This document shows, one piece after another, positions 28,220 through 31,155 of a stretch of 31,155 bases of DNA. The notes under the pieces are model-generated. The model saw only the letters and a list, made by a program, of their open reading frames with translations. It made no database searches and was not told where the DNA came from. Each line of letters starts with the position of its first letter. Within the stretch, counting starts at the first letter, position 1. Source of the stretch: a virus (Duplodnaviria; Caudoviricetes); the IMG/VR virus record IMGVR_UViG_3300044723_009044, positions 1 to 31,155 of that record. One strand, 5' to 3'. The position numbers and the translations under genes were made by a program.

Positions 28220-29047
28220 ATGTCGACTAACATTAAACTGAAAAAGTCCAGTGTTGCTGGACGTATACCTCTTAATACGGACCTTGAGTACGGCGAAGTA
28301 GCTATTAACTATGCTGATGGCCGCCTGTACTATAAGACATCTGGTAATACGGTACAACATTTTCAAAGTAATGACTCAGCCCATTTTAATACCCTTACAG
28401 CAGATAATCTTACTGTTGGTAACTATTCTCTCCCTACTGCAGATGGTACAGCTAACCAGGTTTTAATTACTGATGGATCTGGTACACTTACTTTTGTAAA
28501 TAGAGGGTCTGTAGGCCTAGATTCGGCAGCTATTAATAATATTATCGATAGCCACGTTGATCAGTCGTTTGTAAATTTATTAGATGTTAATGCCGGAACT
28601 TTAGATGGACAAGATGGTACATACTATCTTAATTATAATAACTTTACTAACGCTCCTATTATTCCTGACTCCGCATTTATTGGCGGAATTGCTTCTAATA
28701 CAGTAGGCCCAGTTGATTCAAATGAGATAGCTGGGATTGTTGATAGTGCATTTGTACAAAATTTAATTCAAGAAAATTATGTTGCTACAATTGTTGACTC
28801 AGCTTATGTTGCAATTAGATCTGGGGACTTTGTTAATAACTTCGGTACAGTAGCAGTAGTTGGTGACTTATCAGTTGATGCTACTACTGGTGGTGATACT
28901 GTTACGTTTGCGGGTGGTACAGGAATTGATATCACTACGGATGTTAATAATAAGAGAGTAACAATCGCTTCTACAGCAAATCAAGTATTTGATTTTGGGA
29001 CATTATTGAGTCCTGTAGGATTTACATTAGATATGGGCGCAATATAG
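28220..29047 (+). CDS. Short fibre protein with Mtd_N-like head
   Basis: IKLKKSSVAGRIP..LEYGEVAINYADGRLYYK head, LPTADGTANQVLITDGSGTLTF motif, multiple DSA motifs; ends LDMGAI. Confidence 0.78.
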   Translation: MSTNIKLKKSSVAGRIPLNTDLEYGEVAINYADGRLYYKTSGNTVQHFQSNDSAHFNTLTADNLTVGNYSLPTADGTANQVLITDGSGTLTFVNRGSVGLDSAAINNIIDSHVDQSFVNLLDVNAGTLDGQDGTYYLNYNNFTNAPIIPDSAFIGGIASNTVGPVDSNEIAGIVDSAFVQNLIQENYVATIVDSAYVAIRSGDFVNNFGTVAVVGDLSVDATTGGDTVTFAGGTGIDITTDVNNKRVTIASTANQVFDFGTLLSPVGFTLDMGAI

Positions 29048-30790
29048 ACTTATAAATATAAGCAGAATTCATTGAGGTAATAAATGCCATTACAGTTTAG
29101 AAGAGGTACAGATTCAGATAGGCTTACGATCACTCCAGTGGTCGGAGAACCAGTCTTTACCACAGATACAAAAAAGATATTTGTAGGCGATGGTTCTACT
29201 GTAGGTGGTATAGAGGTTACCGGTACCGATTCTGCTGCAGTTACAGGTCTTATCGACTCAGCCTACATTCAAGCAAGACAAGCTGATATCTTTAGAGACT
29301 CTGCATTTATTACTAATTTAATCAGCGCAGCAGATACTCATGACTCTGCAGCAGTTCAAGGACAGATTACCTCTACTGTCAATGCAACATATATTAATAC
29401 TCTTACTATAGATGCAGATACTGTAGGCGGTTTAACTACAGGTTATTTACTTGACTATACTAACTTTACTAACACTCCTACGATTCCAACCTTTGGTACT
29501 GATTATGTAGATTCTGCTGCTGTATCAACTATCATTACATCAGATGTAGATGCAGCATTTATTAATAACCTAGTTAACATCTTAGATTCAACAAATGTAT
29601 CTTCAATTATTACTAATGATGTAGATGTAGGATTTGTAAATGGGTTAAATGTTAATGCAGCTACATTAAATAGTCAAAATGGACCTTATTATCTAGATTA
29701 TACTAACTTTACCAATACCCCTACAATTCCTACTTTAGGTACAGACTTTGTAGACTCATCAGAAGTAAATACTTTAATTGATACAAGAGTTGATAAGACT
29801 TTTGTAGATAATTTAAATGTGGATGCAGATACGTTAGATGGCCAAAACGGCACTCATTATCTTGACTATACTAATTTCACTAATACTCCTACATTACCGG
29901 TATTAGGAACCGACTTTGTTGATTCAGTAGAAGCTAGAAAGCTTGTTTCTGTAACTGATGCAGGTGGGGATGGCTCATTAGCATATAATAATTCAACAGG
30001 TATATTTACATATACCGGTCCTAGTGCAGCTGAAGTTCAGGCTCATATTACTGGTGGAACTGGAGTTACTGTTACAGGCGGTCAAATTGATATTGGCCAA
30101 AGTGTAGAAACAACTGATAATGTTACTTTTGCTGATATTAATGCTGCTACTCTTACACTTACTGGTGATCTGGTAGCTGATGATATCACAGCTAATAATT
30201 TAACCATTAATGGATCTACTACAACTGTTAACTCAATTACATATACGGTTGTTGATCCACTATTACATCTTGCTGATAGTAATGAGCAGTCAGATGCAGT
30301 AGATATCGGTTTTGTTGGGCATTATTCTCCGGATGGAGGTACAACAAAAGAGCATACTGGATTCTTTAGAGATGCTACTAACAGTGAGTTTTATATCTTT
30401 AACGGTCTTCAAGATGCGGCATTTGATTCTACGTTACCTACTAACGTAGTTGATAGGTCAGGTACAGGGTTTACCCTTGCCACTCTTAATGTAGGAACCC
30501 TTGTAGGTGATTACGCAGGATTCGATTCAGATTTTTCATTAAAGACAACATCTGATCTTACAGAAGGATCTAGATTATATTATACAGACGCTCGGGCAAA
30601 TAGTGCAATTGATGCTAGAGTTACTAAATCATTTGTAGACGCTCTCAACGTAGATGCAGATACTCTTGACGGTCAAAACGGAACCTACTACTTAGATTAT
30701 AATAATTTTTCTAACACTCCTACGATTCCTGCATTCGGTACAGATTATGTTGATTCTGCAGCAGTGTCAACTATCATTACAACTGATGTT
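28622..30790 (+). repeat. Y(Y/L)LDYxNFxNTPTIP..GTD(Y/F)VDS repeat family
   Basis: Four copies in the 29084 ORF (~29444, 29687, 29855, 30686) and one degenerate copy in the 28220 ORF (~28622). Confidence 0.85.
29051..29058 (+). promoter_or_regulatory. T4-type late promoter
   Basis: Exact TATAAATA, with GAGG RBS at 29074-29077 and ATG at 29084. Confidence 0.8.
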
Positions 30791-31155
30791 AATAACGCAT
30801 TTATAAGAGCGGTTATAGATGATTCAACACTTACAATAGATGGAGATGGGTCAACCGGCGGAGTAACCATAGCTGACGGTGGGATAACCATTCGTACAGG
30901 CACTGGTAATGTTGCCTATGCAGACTTCTACTGTGAGACCTCTAACGCTCATAGAACAAGACTAAAATCAGCTTCTCATAGCTCTTATTCTGGTAACGTT
31001 GATGTTACTCTGCCTACTTCAACAGGTACGTTAGCTCTTACCACAGATATTACAACCACTATTGACTCTGCATATATTAATGCAAGAACAACTGCTGGTA
31101 CAGACTCAGCTGCTACTATCGCACTTATTACTGCTACTGTTGATAGTGCTTATGT
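29084..31155 (+). CDS. Fibre protein with major tropism determinant N-terminal (Mtd_N)-like domain (3' truncated)
   Basis: Absent from the ORF track because it has no stop in the window. Manual translation MPLQFRRGTDSDRLTITPVVGEPVFTTDTKKIFVGDGSTVGG... stays open to the window end (~690 aa). Confidence 0.85.
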   Translation, partial: MPLQFRRGTDSDRLTITPVVGEPVFTTDTKKIFVGDGSTVGGIEVTGTDSAAVTGLIDSAYIQARQADIFRDSAFITNLISAADTHDSAAVQGQITSTVNATYINTLTIDADTVGGLTTGYLLDYTNFTNTPTIPTFGTDYVDSAAVSTIITSDVDAAFINNLVNILDSTNVSSIITNDVDVGFVNGLNVNAATLNSQNGPYYLDYTNFTNTPTIPTLGTDFVDSSEVNTLIDTRVDKTFVDNLNVDADTLDGQNGTHYLDYTNFTNTPTLPVLGTDFVDSVEARKLVSVTDAGGDGSLAYNNSTGIFTYTGPSAAEVQAHITGGTGVTVTGGQIDIGQSVETTDNVTFADINAATLTLTGDLVADDITANNLTINGSTTTVNSITYTVVDPLLHLADSNEQSDAVDIGFVGHYSPDGGTTKEHTGFFRDATNSEFYIFNGLQDAAFDSTLPTNVVDRSGTGFTLATLNVGTLVGDYAGFDSDFSLKTTSDLTEGSRLYYTDARANSAIDARVTKSFVDALNVDADTLDGQNGTYYLDYNNFSNTPTIPAFGTDYVDSAAVSTIITTDVNNAFIRAVIDDSTLTIDGDGSTGGVTIADGGITIRTGTGNVAYADFYCETSNAHRTRLKSASHSSYSGNVDVTLPTSTGTLALTTDITTTIDSAYINARTTAGTDSAATIALITATVDSAY

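Noticed and set aside
29440-30790. CRISPR-like or non-coding repeat array
   Set aside because: The repeats are in frame, degenerate at synonymous positions and irregularly spaced: protein repeats.
29084-31155. Diversity-generating retroelement suggested by the Mtd_N domain
   Set aside because: No reverse transcriptase and no TR/VR pair differing only at adenines in the window; Mtd_N occurs widely without DGRs. The C-terminus is outside the window, so a DGR cannot be fully excluded.
7284-31155. DS enrichment as a DNA-level GANTC (CcrM/HinfI) site signal
   Set aside because: Many DS pairs use AGY serine codons (GATAGC, GACAGC, GATAGT) that do not form GANTC, and the sites counted are in one reading frame, which favours protein-level selection.
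1-31155. Alternative genetic code, introns/inteins, tRNAs
   Set aside because: Genes tile the window in the standard code with TAA/TAG/TGA stops at sensible ends; no homing endonuclease, intein or tRNA signature was recognised.

Overview
AT-rich, gene-dense, entirely + strand segment of a large T4-like (Tevenvirinae/Kyanoviridae-like) myophage genome covering the late tail/baseplate module. The window opens inside a gp5-like hub gene (OB-fold plus tail lysozyme), followed by an amidase-fold gene and a gp5 beta-helix gene with C-terminal M15 peptidase domains. Next come gp25, gp6, gp7-, gp9- and gp8-like baseplate genes, a VrlC/DUF4815-like protein split across three genes, a large S74-chaperoned tail fibre with a probable tip adhesin, and a run of modular fibre genes ending in an Mtd_N-type fibre truncated by the window edge. 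Six T4 late promoter (TATAAATA) boxes are present. Most notable: (1) Asp-Ser dipeptides are absent from the four hub/inner-baseplate proteins at 723-7284 but abundant in outer baseplate and fibre proteins, suggesting a virion modification sequon; (2) a three-gene spike carrying three different peptidoglycan-hydrolase folds, with two domain copies apparently catalytically dead; (3) a repeated C-terminal DGGxY/DxG tail followed by an Mtd_N-like head, suggesting serial fibre docking. Annotations come from motif recognition and manual counting only; no searches were run.
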